Of a stretch of DNA of 64,000 bases, positions 29,701-38,516 are shown one piece after another. The translations under genes and the position numbers were made by a program. The notes below the pieces were generated by a model. That model did no database searches. It had not been told where the DNA came from and was given only the letters and a program-made list of their open reading frames with translations. Positions within the stretch are counted from its first letter, which is position 1. Each line of letters begins with the position of its first letter. Source of the stretch: an uncultured Methanosarcinales archaeon (lineage in GTDB: Archaea; Nanobdellota; Nanobdellia; Woesearchaeales; UBA583); the NCBI GenBank assembly GCA_964429995.1, contig CAYSDY010000001.1:157777-221776 (forward strand), read 5' to 3'.

Positions 29701-29838
29701 TATTGGCTTGTAAATATTATTTTGCTCATTAAAATAATTTGGGGTATATATTTCAAGTTTTATGGAAAAAGCAAATGTTAACAAATTTGCAATAATTAGA
29801 ATAAAAATTGTAAAAATAAGAGCAAATCTTTTAATCAT
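26788..29838 (-). CDS. Giant surface protein with signal peptide, C-terminal TM anchor and squalene-cyclase/prenyltransferase-like (alpha/alpha-toroid) repeats
   Basis: The N-terminal signal peptide is MIKRFALIFTIFILIIANLL, and the C-terminal TM is followed by a basic tail. The QxxxGxW-like repeats are NQNNDGSWGN and NEPDNGWGS. Length is 1016 aa. Confidence 0.65.
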   Translation of the reverse strand: MIKRFALIFTIFILIIANLLTFAFSIKLEIYTPNYFNEQNNIYKPIHFLPKEELNFKFCLSENMKNPEIFISEGTKNEGFINISYLDFSDEPNCFYSYYDLTKIQNNRFDLILKYQENNIEKEIRRGFLRQKESSASKYVLENDYNDLSALNLSYYLFVLNNIESIYDYENQQIYEKLKQLRNNDFKCWPKDKCNLTQTANILYNLKEAGYDKSSRLIEDGRLYMEKNIIESPLKYENQQIIKNSDTYDFEVYIKDSFTNPTEIDCNVIVDKDKEKSIIYDSSDKFTDTFLRSKFTKEIEVVCNRKVDEISIFYFADKIENRNLRDFKKYEFTVNDKYYNQYSSIKYKFQIDNNMTTTEEIKCDINIDGTNKKVSFNKNTNANNLFFEGEVKEKVAIECDKNVENAYFYVYGNIEDESYKSNTDSLYFNLQNADMEKYKFDIELNSNKIANEIKCDLSIDARLPRHFVFNTKNTDRFSINGYKASSKIQLKCDNDVDKIILKIYDAYDRIQVYEEKINVKNMDYSINSDFLKYYCIGTDNICDYDASIISLIVYGNDIKNSDKIKKYLNSVTHKTGINDKKVSDKNEFIDSGMFLIYNKDQEIINFLKYNQNNDGSWGNAKSFLFETSWAILGLQSNDAGIEEYIDDGIKWIYYNEPDNGWGSISSNSLAFLASKKNHKPYVTIDIDSDTYEYVMIINVTNPSIYNLKDLTIGFSSNIEGFLHYKQNLGNLNTLQSTISNISISKDLLGSITGYVFLNSRDKDNNKNELLKIPITIFGEKAFVFENNDYAITNDDMMVNFYLKSRNIEDNLTCFFINPFSTLREKFIVDSNFSKLSLFNPQLETGVHTLNFECSKDDGVVYKIPFKIDVFEKNKTFEIPNPEKIIVKDDVLKFSIKHLNANFDEYDFKVIPFGDFKEHMLNYSYEYENGYTNVNINFAVDSLNLINTSLKNNYIVVKNKESEFVEIKIDNNKTNSFLKKMFYLLFWFTMIGFIIYLIIYVRLKYIEYKDLKEKGMI

Positions 29839-29986
29839 ATAAATACATAAGTATTTTTTTTTAATTCAATTTGTCATTACTTATTTTAGGTGATTATTTT
29901 AAATTTTAATTTATGTGTTTTTTTATAAAATACAGTGTCTTAAAAATAGAATAATTTTTAAAGTAATTTTCATTGTTATAAATATT

Positions 29987-30907
29987 ATGACTGAAAAAAA
30001 TAACAAAACTTCAGGTTACTGCAAACTTGCAGATATTTACAAAAAACATCATGCAAAGCTGCTTGTTTTACCGATAATGCTTTTTGTCTTGTCATGTTTT
30101 TTGATATTTAACACATATAAGCAAGAAGGATCTCCTATATACAGAGATGTTTCATTAAAAGGTGGATTGTCTGCCATAATAGAAATTGATGAACAAATAA
30201 CAATAAATGATTTTAAACTAGCATTAGAAGAAAAATTTCCTGCAAATTCATTTGCAGTATCAAAACTGAATTCTGAAGGAAAAGAAGTTGGTTATATTGT
30301 AGATAGTGATTTTACTGCTGAAGATGAAAAAGATCTTCTTGATTTTTCTAATAGTTTATTTAAAACAGAATTGGTATCTGGTGAAAACTTTACATCAAAT
30401 TACATAAGCTCATCTCTTTCTGATACATTTTTCAGACAAGCAATAATAGCACTTATTTTTTCATTTTTTTTTATGTCGCTTGTTATATTTTTGTATTTTA
30501 AAAAAATTGTTCCATCAATTGGAATCATCTTCTCAGCTTTTTTTGACATAACAGTTGTTGTAGGAATACTTAATCTTATCAAATTTAACCTATCGGTTGC
30601 AGGAATTGGTGCTATAATAATGCTTATAGGTTATTCTATTGATACAAACGTATTACTTACAAATAGACTTGTAAAAGAACCAGGAAAAAACTATTTTGAA
30701 AAAGTTCTATTGGCGGTAAAAACAGGTAGCCTTATGTCATTTACAACAATGGTTGCTGCACTTTCTGCAATCTTTTTTTCAAACTCTGAAGTCATATTTG
30801 AAATATCATTAATAATCTGTATAGGACTTGTTGTTGATTATATTGCAACATGGATACAAAATACATCTTTATTGTTGTTATGGCTTTTTAAAAGCCAAGA
30901 AAAATAA
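29987..30907 (+). CDS. secF: Protein-export membrane protein SecF
   Basis: The LKGGLSA motif, a 6-TM SecF core and the YSIDTNVL motif are present. The start is placed at the internal Met (MTEKNNK), since the tracked start at 29915 leaves only 76 bp for divergent promoters. Confidence 0.6.
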   Translation: MTEKNNKTSGYCKLADIYKKHHAKLLVLPIMLFVLSCFLIFNTYKQEGSPIYRDVSLKGGLSAIIEIDEQITINDFKLALEEKFPANSFAVSKLNSEGKEVGYIVDSDFTAEDEKDLLDFSNSLFKTELVSGENFTSNYISSSLSDTFFRQAIIALIFSFFFMSLVIFLYFKKIVPSIGIIFSAFFDITVVVGILNLIKFNLSVAGIGAIIMLIGYSIDTNVLLTNRLVKEPGKNYFEKVLLAVKTGSLMSFTTMVAALSAIFFSNSEVIFEISLIICIGLVVDYIATWIQNTSLLLLWLFKSQEK

Positions 30908-31020
30908 ATCAAAACTTTTAACTTTGAACAAATATGTTAAGTAAATCCTTTTTGTTATTACGTTATACACAATTATTTTATTTAATAAATTCAACTTTTA
31001 ACTTTGAGGAATGATATTTC

Positions 31021-31452
31021 TTGAAAAATTATGTACAAATAATAGAATCTGCCAAAAATCAAATAAGTGATTTTTGCATAAATACCTGTAAAGCTAAATG
31101 TTGTAGATTTGGACAACTTTTAATAATTACAAATGAAGAACTTGATTTTATTGTGGGATTTAAAAATGTTGATGCTTTTTTAAAAAATGGCATTCTAAAA
31201 CACTCAGAAAATAATGATTTATTTTTTACTTATGATTTTAAAAAATTTCCTTGTAAACATCTAAATTTAACGAAATATATGTGTAATGAACATCAAAATA
31301 TTAATAGACCACAAATATGCAAAGATTACCCGATATTTGTAATAAGAAAAAAATTTGTTATCTTTTCGCCTGCATGCCCTGCTGTTGAGCAAGGTTTATT
31401 GAAAGAATGTGAAATCGAATTAGAAAAGATAGGTATGAAAATTATTAATTAA
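31021..31452 (+). CDS. Cys-rich putative zinc/iron-chelating protein (YkgJ/UPF0153-like)
   Basis: A CINTCKAKCC cluster near the N-terminus is followed by further Cys (CKHL, CNEHQ, CKDYP, CPAVE). Confidence 0.4.
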   Translation: MKNYVQIIESAKNQISDFCINTCKAKCCRFGQLLIITNEELDFIVGFKNVDAFLKNGILKHSENNDLFFTYDFKKFPCKHLNLTKYMCNEHQNINRPQICKDYPIFVIRKKFVIFSPACPAVEQGLLKECEIELEKIGMKIIN

Positions 31453-32612
31453 TTGTAACTATTGTTTAAAATGTTATAATTATCTTTTTCGTTTTTAACT
31501 TCATTTATTGCATCAAGGAGATTTTGCTGACTTATGCATTCAAGATTTTGCTTTATTGCAAGGTAACCTGCTTCTGTTGTCAATGATTTTAACTGTGCAC
31601 CTGAAAAATTTTCTGTTTTTTCTGCTATCACTTTTAAATCCACTTCTAAAGACAACTTCATTCCTTTTGTGTGTATTTTAAGTATTTCATACCTTCCATC
31701 TTTATTTGGAATTCCTATTTTTATGTGTCTTTCAAGCCTTCCTGGACGTAAAATCGCATCATCTAATATATCCATTCTATTAGTTGCTGCAATTATTTTA
31801 ACATTATCTAATGCATCAAAACCATCTATTTCTCCTAAAAGTTGCATGAATGTTCTTTGTACCTCTCTTTCACCTGAAGTTCCTGTTTCAATTCTTTTAG
31901 ATGCTATTGAATCAAGTTCATCAATAAATATTATTGTTGGGGCCTTTTGTCTTGCAAGTTCAAATAAATCTTTTACAAGTTTTGCTCCTTCGCCTATAAA
32001 TTTTTGAACAAGCTCTGAACCTACTAGTTCTATAAATGTTGCTTTTGTCTCTTTTGCAAGAGCTTTTGCTATAAGTGTTTTACCTGTACCTGGTTCGCCA
32101 TGTAATAAAATTCCTTTAGGTGGGGTTATGCCTAAATCCTTAAAAATATCCGGTTTTATAAGAGGTAGTTCTAAAACCTCTTTTACTTTGCGTATCTCTT
32201 TGTCAAGTCCTCCAATATCTGACCAGCTAACTTTTAGATTTCCATTAACTATAAGATAATTTTCTACAGGGAAGTTTTTTGTAACATCTATTTTGCCCAT
32301 AATAACTAAAGACTTTTGTTCATTTAATACCATATCACCTGATCTTATTTCACCTTCACATTCTTGTGAAATATCTACAAGAAAATTGGATTGATTTGGC
32401 AATCTTACTACTGCTCTTCCCTCTTTTGTTAATGAAATGACTTCTGAAACTATAAAAGGAGGTGTTCTAAATTTTTCAAGTTCTGTCTGAAAGAACTTAA
32501 CTGTTCTTTTTAGATTACTGTTTTCTTCTTCCAGCCTTGAATTCTCCAAAGACAGATTATATAAAGGATCTGTTTCTATTGTTGTTTTTTTAAGATCATA
32601 CTGATCGTCCAT
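31449..32612 (-). CDS. pan: Proteasome-activating nucleotidase (AAA ATPase)
   Basis: It has an N-terminal coiled coil and an OB domain ([19 protein letters not shown]). The AAA module shows Walker A GEPGTGKT and SRH, and the product is 387 aa. Confidence 0.85.
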   Translation of the reverse strand: MDDQYDLKKTTIETDPLYNLSLENSRLEEENSNLKRTVKFFQTELEKFRTPPFIVSEVISLTKEGRAVVRLPNQSNFLVDISQECEGEIRSGDMVLNEQKSLVIMGKIDVTKNFPVENYLIVNGNLKVSWSDIGGLDKEIRKVKEVLELPLIKPDIFKDLGITPPKGILLHGEPGTGKTLIAKALAKETKATFIELVGSELVQKFIGEGAKLVKDLFELARQKAPTIIFIDELDSIASKRIETGTSGEREVQRTFMQLLGEIDGFDALDNVKIIAATNRMDILDDAILRPGRLERHIKIGIPNKDGRYEILKIHTKGMKLSLEVDLKVIAEKTENFSGAQLKSLTTEAGYLAIKQNLECISQQNLLDAINEVKNEKDNYNILNNSYN

Positions 32613-32668
32613 ACAATTTAGGTAAAATATTTTTTTATATAAATGTTTAGTAAAAAGTGATTAAAAAT

Positions 32669-33715
32669 TTATTTTTTTGACATTATCTTGATTACTTCTA
32701 TCATTCTGTTTGAAAAACCGAACTCATTGTCGTACCAAACAACAAGCTTTACAAGATTGCCATTTACAACCTCTGTTAAAACAGAATCAACAATTCCAGA
32801 ATGTGGATTGCCTATTATGTCTGAGGATACCAGTTCTTCTGTTGAATATTCAATAATGCCGTTTAATTGATTTTCACATATATGTTTTAAAAAATGATTT
32901 ATCTCTTCTTTATCAACATTTTTTTCAAGTTCTATGTTAAGGTCTGTAACACTTCCTGTTGGAGTTGGAACTCTATAAGCGATTCCATGGAACTTTCCTT
33001 CCAACTCAGGAATAAGTTTTGTAACCGCCTGTGCAGCACCTGTTGTTGTAGGAACAATGTTAAATGGAGCAGCTCTTCCTCTTCTTAAGCTTTTATGTGT
33101 TGCATCAAGAAGTCTTTGATCTGATGTTAAAGAATGAACTGTTGCAAACATTCCTTTTTTAATACCATATTTTTTGTGAATCTCATTGATGATTGCTGTT
33201 ATTGAATTAGTTGTACATGATCCATTAGAAACAATTTCTTGATTATTGTATTCATCATCATTAGCACCTCTTACAAGATAAAACACATCATCTCCTTTAC
33301 CAGGAGCTGATATTAAAACTTTTTTTGCACCTTGCTCTATATGTTTTCTTGCTTTCTCTGAATCTGTAAAAAGTCCTGTACATTCAGCTACAACATCAAT
33401 TTTTAATTTTTTCCAAGGAAGATCCTCTAAATTTTTAACTTGAATCATAGCAATTTTCTTATCACCTATAACAAGATTATCATCCTGTGCTAAAACTTTG
33501 TATTCAAACGAACCTTGACTGGAATCGTACTGAAGAAAATATGCAAGATCTTTTGCACTAGTTAGATCATTAATTGCAACAAATTCTATTTCAGGATCGT
33601 TAAATCCAGCCCTAAAAATCATACGACCAATACGACCAAAGCCATTGATTGCAACTCTAACTTTTCTTTTACCACTAATTTCTCCTTTAATTTCATTTAA
33701 AATATTCTCATGCAT
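32669..33715 (-). CDS. gap: Glyceraldehyde-3-phosphate dehydrogenase, bacterial/eukaryal type I
   Basis: NGFGRIGR is the NAD-binding motif and SNGSCTTNS is the active-site Cys motif (type I SxxSCTTN). Confidence 0.9.
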   Translation of the reverse strand: MHENILNEIKGEISGKRKVRVAINGFGRIGRMIFRAGFNDPEIEFVAINDLTSAKDLAYFLQYDSSQGSFEYKVLAQDDNLVIGDKKIAMIQVKNLEDLPWKKLKIDVVAECTGLFTDSEKARKHIEQGAKKVLISAPGKGDDVFYLVRGANDDEYNNQEIVSNGSCTTNSITAIINEIHKKYGIKKGMFATVHSLTSDQRLLDATHKSLRRGRAAPFNIVPTTTGAAQAVTKLIPELEGKFHGIAYRVPTPTGSVTDLNIELEKNVDKEEINHFLKHICENQLNGIIEYSTEELVSSDIIGNPHSGIVDSVLTEVVNGNLVKLVVWYDNEFGFSNRMIEVIKIMSKK

Positions 33716-33790
33716 ATTTTATTTATTATAATCTTTTTAATTAATGTTTTTTGTCAAAATTAAGTGATGAATAAATGTCACTGTTTTTAA

Positions 33791-33809
33791 TATTGAGAAT
33801 TTTAAAAAA
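33791..33809 (+). promoter_or_regulatory. TATTGAGAATTTTAAAAAA motif (copy 3), a candidate BRE/TATA-like or regulator-binding element
   Basis: It is a near-exact recurrence of the motif at 1621, 6874 and 39511, and partially at 53623. It sits in the gap/tmk divergent intergenic region and is followed by two small CCCA-N4-TGGG hairpins plus T-runs (33866-33913). Confidence 0.45.
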
Positions 33810-34012
33810 CATTAACTTTTCTTAGCTTCTTAGAAGATAGTGTCATAAAATACCCATATTTGGGCTTTTTACAGCATTAAAATTTGTAAAAATTCCCAAC
33901 TATGGGTTTTTTAAAACTCTCTATTAATAAGATTAATGATGCTATATTGCATAATATAAATGGATCCTACCTGATACAAAAAATTTATATATTCTTTTTG
34001 ATGGCTATTTAT

Positions 34013-34663
34013 ATGAATCAGAATATGTTTATAACCCTTGAAGGAATCGATGGAGCTGGTAAAGATATACAATTATTGAATCTTATTGAAATCATAAGAG
34101 ATGATAAAAATGGAATAATTGCAGATAAATATGCTAATATATGGGTTACAAGAGAACCTACACATCTAACAGAGTCTGGAAAAAAAATTTCTAAACTTAT
34201 ACGTGAAGGAAATGTTGATCTTGAAACGGCAAAAAATCTTTATGTTAATGATAGAAAAGAACATAGCATAATCATAAGGGAAATGCTTAAACATAGTATT
34301 GTTATATCCTCAAGATTTGATATATCAACTCTAGCATTTCAAAATGCACAGGGAGAATCTATCGAAGAACTTTACAAAATGCATGGATTTGAAAACAATG
34401 AATGCATAACCCCAGATCTTACTATTTTTTTTGATGTTTCTGCTGATATAGGATATGCTAGAACATTAAAAAGAGCTGAAAAAAAAGAATGTTTTGAAAA
34501 TCTTGATTTTTTAAGAAAAGTGGAAAGTTCATACAAACAAGTTATAGATTTTCTCAAAAATAAAGGAAGAAACATAATTATTATTGATGCAAATCAATCA
34601 ATTGAGGATGTAAAAGATAATATGTTATCTAAACTTACAAAAATATATAAAAAATATGAATGA
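34013..34663 (+). CDS. tmk: Thymidylate (dTMP) kinase
   Basis: The P-loop is ITLEGIDGAGKD, with a DRY-like region and a lid. The start is set at the internal Met (MNQNMFITLEG). The tracked start at 33902 overlaps hairpin/T-run structures and gives a hydrophobic ~37-aa extension atypical for Tmk. Confidence 0.75.
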   Translation: MNQNMFITLEGIDGAGKDIQLLNLIEIIRDDKNGIIADKYANIWVTREPTHLTESGKKISKLIREGNVDLETAKNLYVNDRKEHSIIIREMLKHSIVISSRFDISTLAFQNAQGESIEELYKMHGFENNECITPDLTIFFDVSADIGYARTLKRAEKKECFENLDFLRKVESSYKQVIDFLKNKGRNIIIIDANQSIEDVKDNMLSKLTKIYKKYE

Positions 34664-35822
34664 GATCAAAAAAGAATTAATAAATTCTGCCAAAGAAAAA
34701 TATTTTAATGAGCTTAAAAGGGTTAAATTAGAGTTTAAACCTTCAAAAGAAATCGATGGATATGGCGCAGGATCTATTGTTGGCGAAAAGAACTATCCGT
34801 TATTAAACATATACAACGTTTCTAACCCTGAGAAAAAAAGTTGTTTTTTAAACGATTATAATACAGTTAAAAAAGATTATGATCATATAATAAAACTTAA
34901 AGTACAAAATATCTTTTCATCAAATAATAGCATACATATAAAAAAAATAAATGATAACATTTCAAAAAATATAGTTGATATATATAAATCAAAAAATCCT
35001 GTTAATTTTACTTCTGAATTTGAAAAAGAAATAGAATTTAAAAAAATAAATATATCTAAATTTTTTGGTATTCTTGGAGGCGAAAATAATATTAAAAGCA
35101 TAACTTTAAATCAGAATTCTAAAACATCAAAACAAATTGAAAAATTTACAGAAAATGATATAAAATCAAAAGATGCTATGATATCTTTATATAAAAAAGG
35201 AATAAATGAAAGCCAAATAATTAATCTTTTAGCACTTGGACAATTTGGAGTAGGATTTAACAGGAAACTTGTACCTTCAAAATGGGCAAACACAGCCTAT
35301 GATAAAAATATTTCTGATTTTTTATATGATAATGTAATTAGAAATAAATTTATAGAAAATATAGAATTTTTTGATTTTTCTGACAAGGGAAACCATTTTT
35401 TTATATTTTTATTTCCGAACGAATATTGTTTTGAAAATATTGAAATGATTAATAAAAATAAAAGTATTTTAATTGATTTTAATAATTTTCAAAATAAACT
35501 TATTGGTAAAACAGATCCTGATACTGCAGGTGGTTTTTTTGCAACAAAACTTGCAATATTAGAGTATCTTAACTTTAAACAGAAACAAGCTTCAATCGTT
35601 AGCATAAGACTAATAGATAATTATGAAATCCCTTTAGGGGTGATATTTATAAGAGAATGCATAAGAAGTGCAATGAAAATAAATAAAAAAAAATTTGTAA
35701 ATATTGAAGAATTATTCTTGTACTTGAAAAATGAAAACAATTCGATATTTGATATTCTTTCTAAATCTTGTGCCATAAAAAATATGAAATCACAAAAAAG
35801 GATTACTGAATATATAAGATAA
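34656..35822 (+). CDS. Hypothetical protein (388 aa)
   Basis: No motif is recognised. It overlaps the tmk stop by 8 nt. Confidence 0.45.
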   Translation: MNEIKKELINSAKEKYFNELKRVKLEFKPSKEIDGYGAGSIVGEKNYPLLNIYNVSNPEKKSCFLNDYNTVKKDYDHIIKLKVQNIFSSNNSIHIKKINDNISKNIVDIYKSKNPVNFTSEFEKEIEFKKINISKFFGILGGENNIKSITLNQNSKTSKQIEKFTENDIKSKDAMISLYKKGINESQIINLLALGQFGVGFNRKLVPSKWANTAYDKNISDFLYDNVIRNKFIENIEFFDFSDKGNHFFIFLFPNEYCFENIEMINKNKSILIDFNNFQNKLIGKTDPDTAGGFFATKLAILEYLNFKQKQASIVSIRLIDNYEIPLGVIFIRECIRSAMKINKKKFVNIEELFLYLKNENNSIFDILSKSCAIKNMKSQKRITEYIR

Positions 35823-35831
35823 AAAAAATAT

Positions 35832-36503
35832 TTAATCTACATCCTGCTGAAATATTTTAATTAGTTTGTCTATTATGTTTGATGTGTTGGAATAATGAAA
35901 TCTTTCTTCCTCAAAGTATTTAAGATTGTCAAGATGTCCTGCTAATAGCCTTCTTAAATCTTTTAAGTACAATATGAATGTTTCAACTTTCTGTTCATCG
36001 TTTTTAATGTAACCAATCTTTCCAATATCTTTTATTAATTCATCAAAATCTTTTTCCTGTCTATCTAAAACCTCATATAATTGTTTTTCAACTAAAAATA
36101 CATCTTTAAACTTATCATAATTGTTTGCACTTACAAGTTGTATTGTAAAATTTGATATTAGTAACTTTAGCCTGTCTTTATGCTTTATGTTTTTTTTAAG
36201 TAAAAGAAAATCTTTTCTTAATTCTAATATGTCAGATAAAAAATTTTTTACATCTTTTAGTTTTAGCAAATTGGATAAATTCTCTGGTTTTTTATGATTT
36301 AAAAGATATATTAGATGATTACTATTTGCAAGATTCTTCTCCTCGCCTGCTGATATATCATTTACAAGAACTCCCCATAATCTTGCTTCCTGAGCTTTTA
36401 AATCATTTAAGTAATTTAGTATTTCCTGTTTTTTATCAATAATTTTTTTTTTACTGTTTTCTTTTCTTAAAAAAAGCCTTGAAATAAAAAAATTTTTAAC
36501 CAT
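35832..36503 (-). CDS. Hypothetical helical/coiled-coil protein (223 aa)
   Basis: No motif is recognised. Confidence 0.4.
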   Translation of the reverse strand: MVKNFFISRLFLRKENSKKKIIDKKQEILNYLNDLKAQEARLWGVLVNDISAGEEKNLANSNHLIYLLNHKKPENLSNLLKLKDVKNFLSDILELRKDFLLLKKNIKHKDRLKLLISNFTIQLVSANNYDKFKDVFLVEKQLYEVLDRQEKDFDELIKDIGKIGYIKNDEQKVETFILYLKDLRRLLAGHLDNLKYFEEERFHYSNTSNIIDKLIKIFQQDVD

Positions 36504-36559
36504 ATCTTATTGGTATAAAAAGAAGTAATTAAATGTTTATTTCTACTCACAAGAGACTT

Positions 36560-37645
36560 TTACCTTGTAACATTGTAGCTTTGTATTTTTTCAAGTAATG
36601 ATTTTGCATATTTGTCTTGGCTAAAGTGTTTTCTTACAGGTTCTAACATGCTATCAATTTCTCTTGCTGTTGCATTTTTTAAATCAAGTGATTTTAGATT
36701 TAACGATTTGAAATCATCCTCTAATTTTTCGTAAGAAGTATATGTAACATTTCCTCCATATTTTTCAGGTCTTTCTATTTTTATACATTTTTTTAGAGGA
36801 AATATTATGTGTTGAACATAATCTAGTACTGGATTGTTTTCTACTTGACCATCAACAGAATGTGCTTTTTTAAATTTTCTTAAAATATCTTCACTTGAAT
36901 CTGTCATAAATATTGCTGTGTCTGGTTTGGATTTACTCATTTTCATCGCTATTTTTCTATCTATCCCTTCTAAATCTGTTTCTATTTTTGAAAGACTTAA
37001 TAACATATGGTGGTGCAAACATACTGGTTTTCTAAAACCCATTTTGGGAAATATATCTCTTGCAAGCATGTTCACCTTTCTTTGATCCAAACCTAACTGA
37101 GCTATATCAGCCTTAAGATATATTATATCTGTTGCCTGCATTAATGGATATAATATCTGACTTGCAGGATTTGAAACATTGTCTTCTCTTCCCATTATCT
37201 GTCCACACTTTAAAACTCTTGAAACTGTTGCATTTGTTGATAATTGTAATAAAGTTCCCCAATAATCCGGATTTTTAACTAAATCAGATGACCACACAAA
37301 ATTTACTTTATCTAAATTCATCCCTACTGATTTCCATATTTCTATAAAATATTTTCCAACTTCACGAATTTTATCTATATCACCCCCCATTTTGTTGTTG
37401 ATTTTTCCATGCCAATCAGCAACAAACATGGTATATGTTATGCCTACTGATGCTAATCTGTTAACATTTGCAGCTTTTAGCAGACCTTGAGCAATGTGCA
37501 TTTGCCCAGAGGGTTCAAATCCATCGTATGCGATTATATCTCTTCCTGTTTTTTCTTGTTCATTGAAAAGTTCTCGTAATTCTTCTTCCCCTATAAACTC
37601 TTCTCCTACTTCTTTAACTATTGCTATTTTTTCATCTATATTCAT
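36560..37645 (-). CDS. tyrS: Tyrosine--tRNA ligase, archaeal type
   Basis: It has the class I HIGH region (GFEPSGQMHIAQG) and KMSKS. The C-terminus IERPEKYGGNVTYTSYEKLE...LKNA closely parallels M. jannaschii TyrRS. Confidence 0.85.
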   Translation of the reverse strand: MNIDEKIAIVKEVGEEFIGEEELRELFNEQEKTGRDIIAYDGFEPSGQMHIAQGLLKAANVNRLASVGITYTMFVADWHGKINNKMGGDIDKIREVGKYFIEIWKSVGMNLDKVNFVWSSDLVKNPDYWGTLLQLSTNATVSRVLKCGQIMGREDNVSNPASQILYPLMQATDIIYLKADIAQLGLDQRKVNMLARDIFPKMGFRKPVCLHHHMLLSLSKIETDLEGIDRKIAMKMSKSKPDTAIFMTDSSEDILRKFKKAHSVDGQVENNPVLDYVQHIIFPLKKCIKIERPEKYGGNVTYTSYEKLEDDFKSLNLKSLDLKNATAREIDSMLEPVRKHFSQDKYAKSLLEKIQSYNVTR

Positions 37646-37806
37646 AATAAAATATTCTATTATTTGCTATTTTTATAAATTTATTCAATTTAAATAAAGC
37701 TTTGCTATTTTTAGAGTTATAAAATTATAAAACAGAATGTTTTGTTGTTTTTGTAAAGATTGCCTTAATATCAAAACATTTTTAAAGCTTGTTTTTTATA
37801 TGTTAA

Positions 37807-38496
37807 TTGATGGGATTATATGTCATTTCTGTTGGTGGTTCTTTAATAGTTCCAGAAGATATTGATACGCATTTTTTATCTATTTTCAAACAATTTATCA
37901 TAAAGAGAATAGAAAAAGGCGATAGGTTTATTTTGGTTGCAGGTGGTGGAAAAACTGCAAGAAAATATCAAATGGCTGCAGGCGAAGTAAGCGGACTTGA
38001 TGATGAGGAAAAAGATTGGCTTGGAATACATTCAACAAGGCTGAATGCACACCTGTTAAGAACAGTTTTCAAACTACATGCAAACCCTATTGTAATAAAA
38101 GATTTTGATAAACAAACTGATATTGTATTTAATGAAAAAATTCTCGTTGGAGCTGGATGGAAACCTGGATGGTCTACAGATTATATAGCTGTTCTTCTTG
38201 CAGAAAAATATGGTGCTAATACTATAATTAACCTTTCTAATATAGATTATGTTTATTCGGATGATCCAAAATTAAATCCAGATGCTAAAAAATATGAAAG
38301 AATAAAATGGTCCGATTTTATATCAATTGTAGGTGATAAATGGGATCCTGGACTTTCTGCACCATTTGACCCTATAGCAAGTAAAAGAGCAAATAAAAAT
38401 AATTACAAAGTTGCAATACTTAACGGGAAAAATCTTGAGAATCTTAATAATTATCTTAACGGGAAAAAGTTTGAAGGAACCTTAATAAGCAACTAA
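37807..38496 (+). CDS. pyrH: Uridylate (UMP) kinase, archaeal type
   Basis: VAGGGKTARKY and GIHSTRLNAHLL align with the Pyrococcus UMPK VVGGGKLARKYI and GIQITRANAMLL motifs. Length is 229 aa. Confidence 0.85.
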   Translation: MMGLYVISVGGSLIVPEDIDTHFLSIFKQFIIKRIEKGDRFILVAGGGKTARKYQMAAGEVSGLDDEEKDWLGIHSTRLNAHLLRTVFKLHANPIVIKDFDKQTDIVFNEKILVGAGWKPGWSTDYIAVLLAEKYGANTIINLSNIDYVYSDDPKLNPDAKKYERIKWSDFISIVGDKWDPGLSAPFDPIASKRANKNNYKVAILNGKNLENLNNYLNGKKFEGTLISN

Positions 38497-38516
38497 ACTT
38501 ATAAAAATTAGATAAA

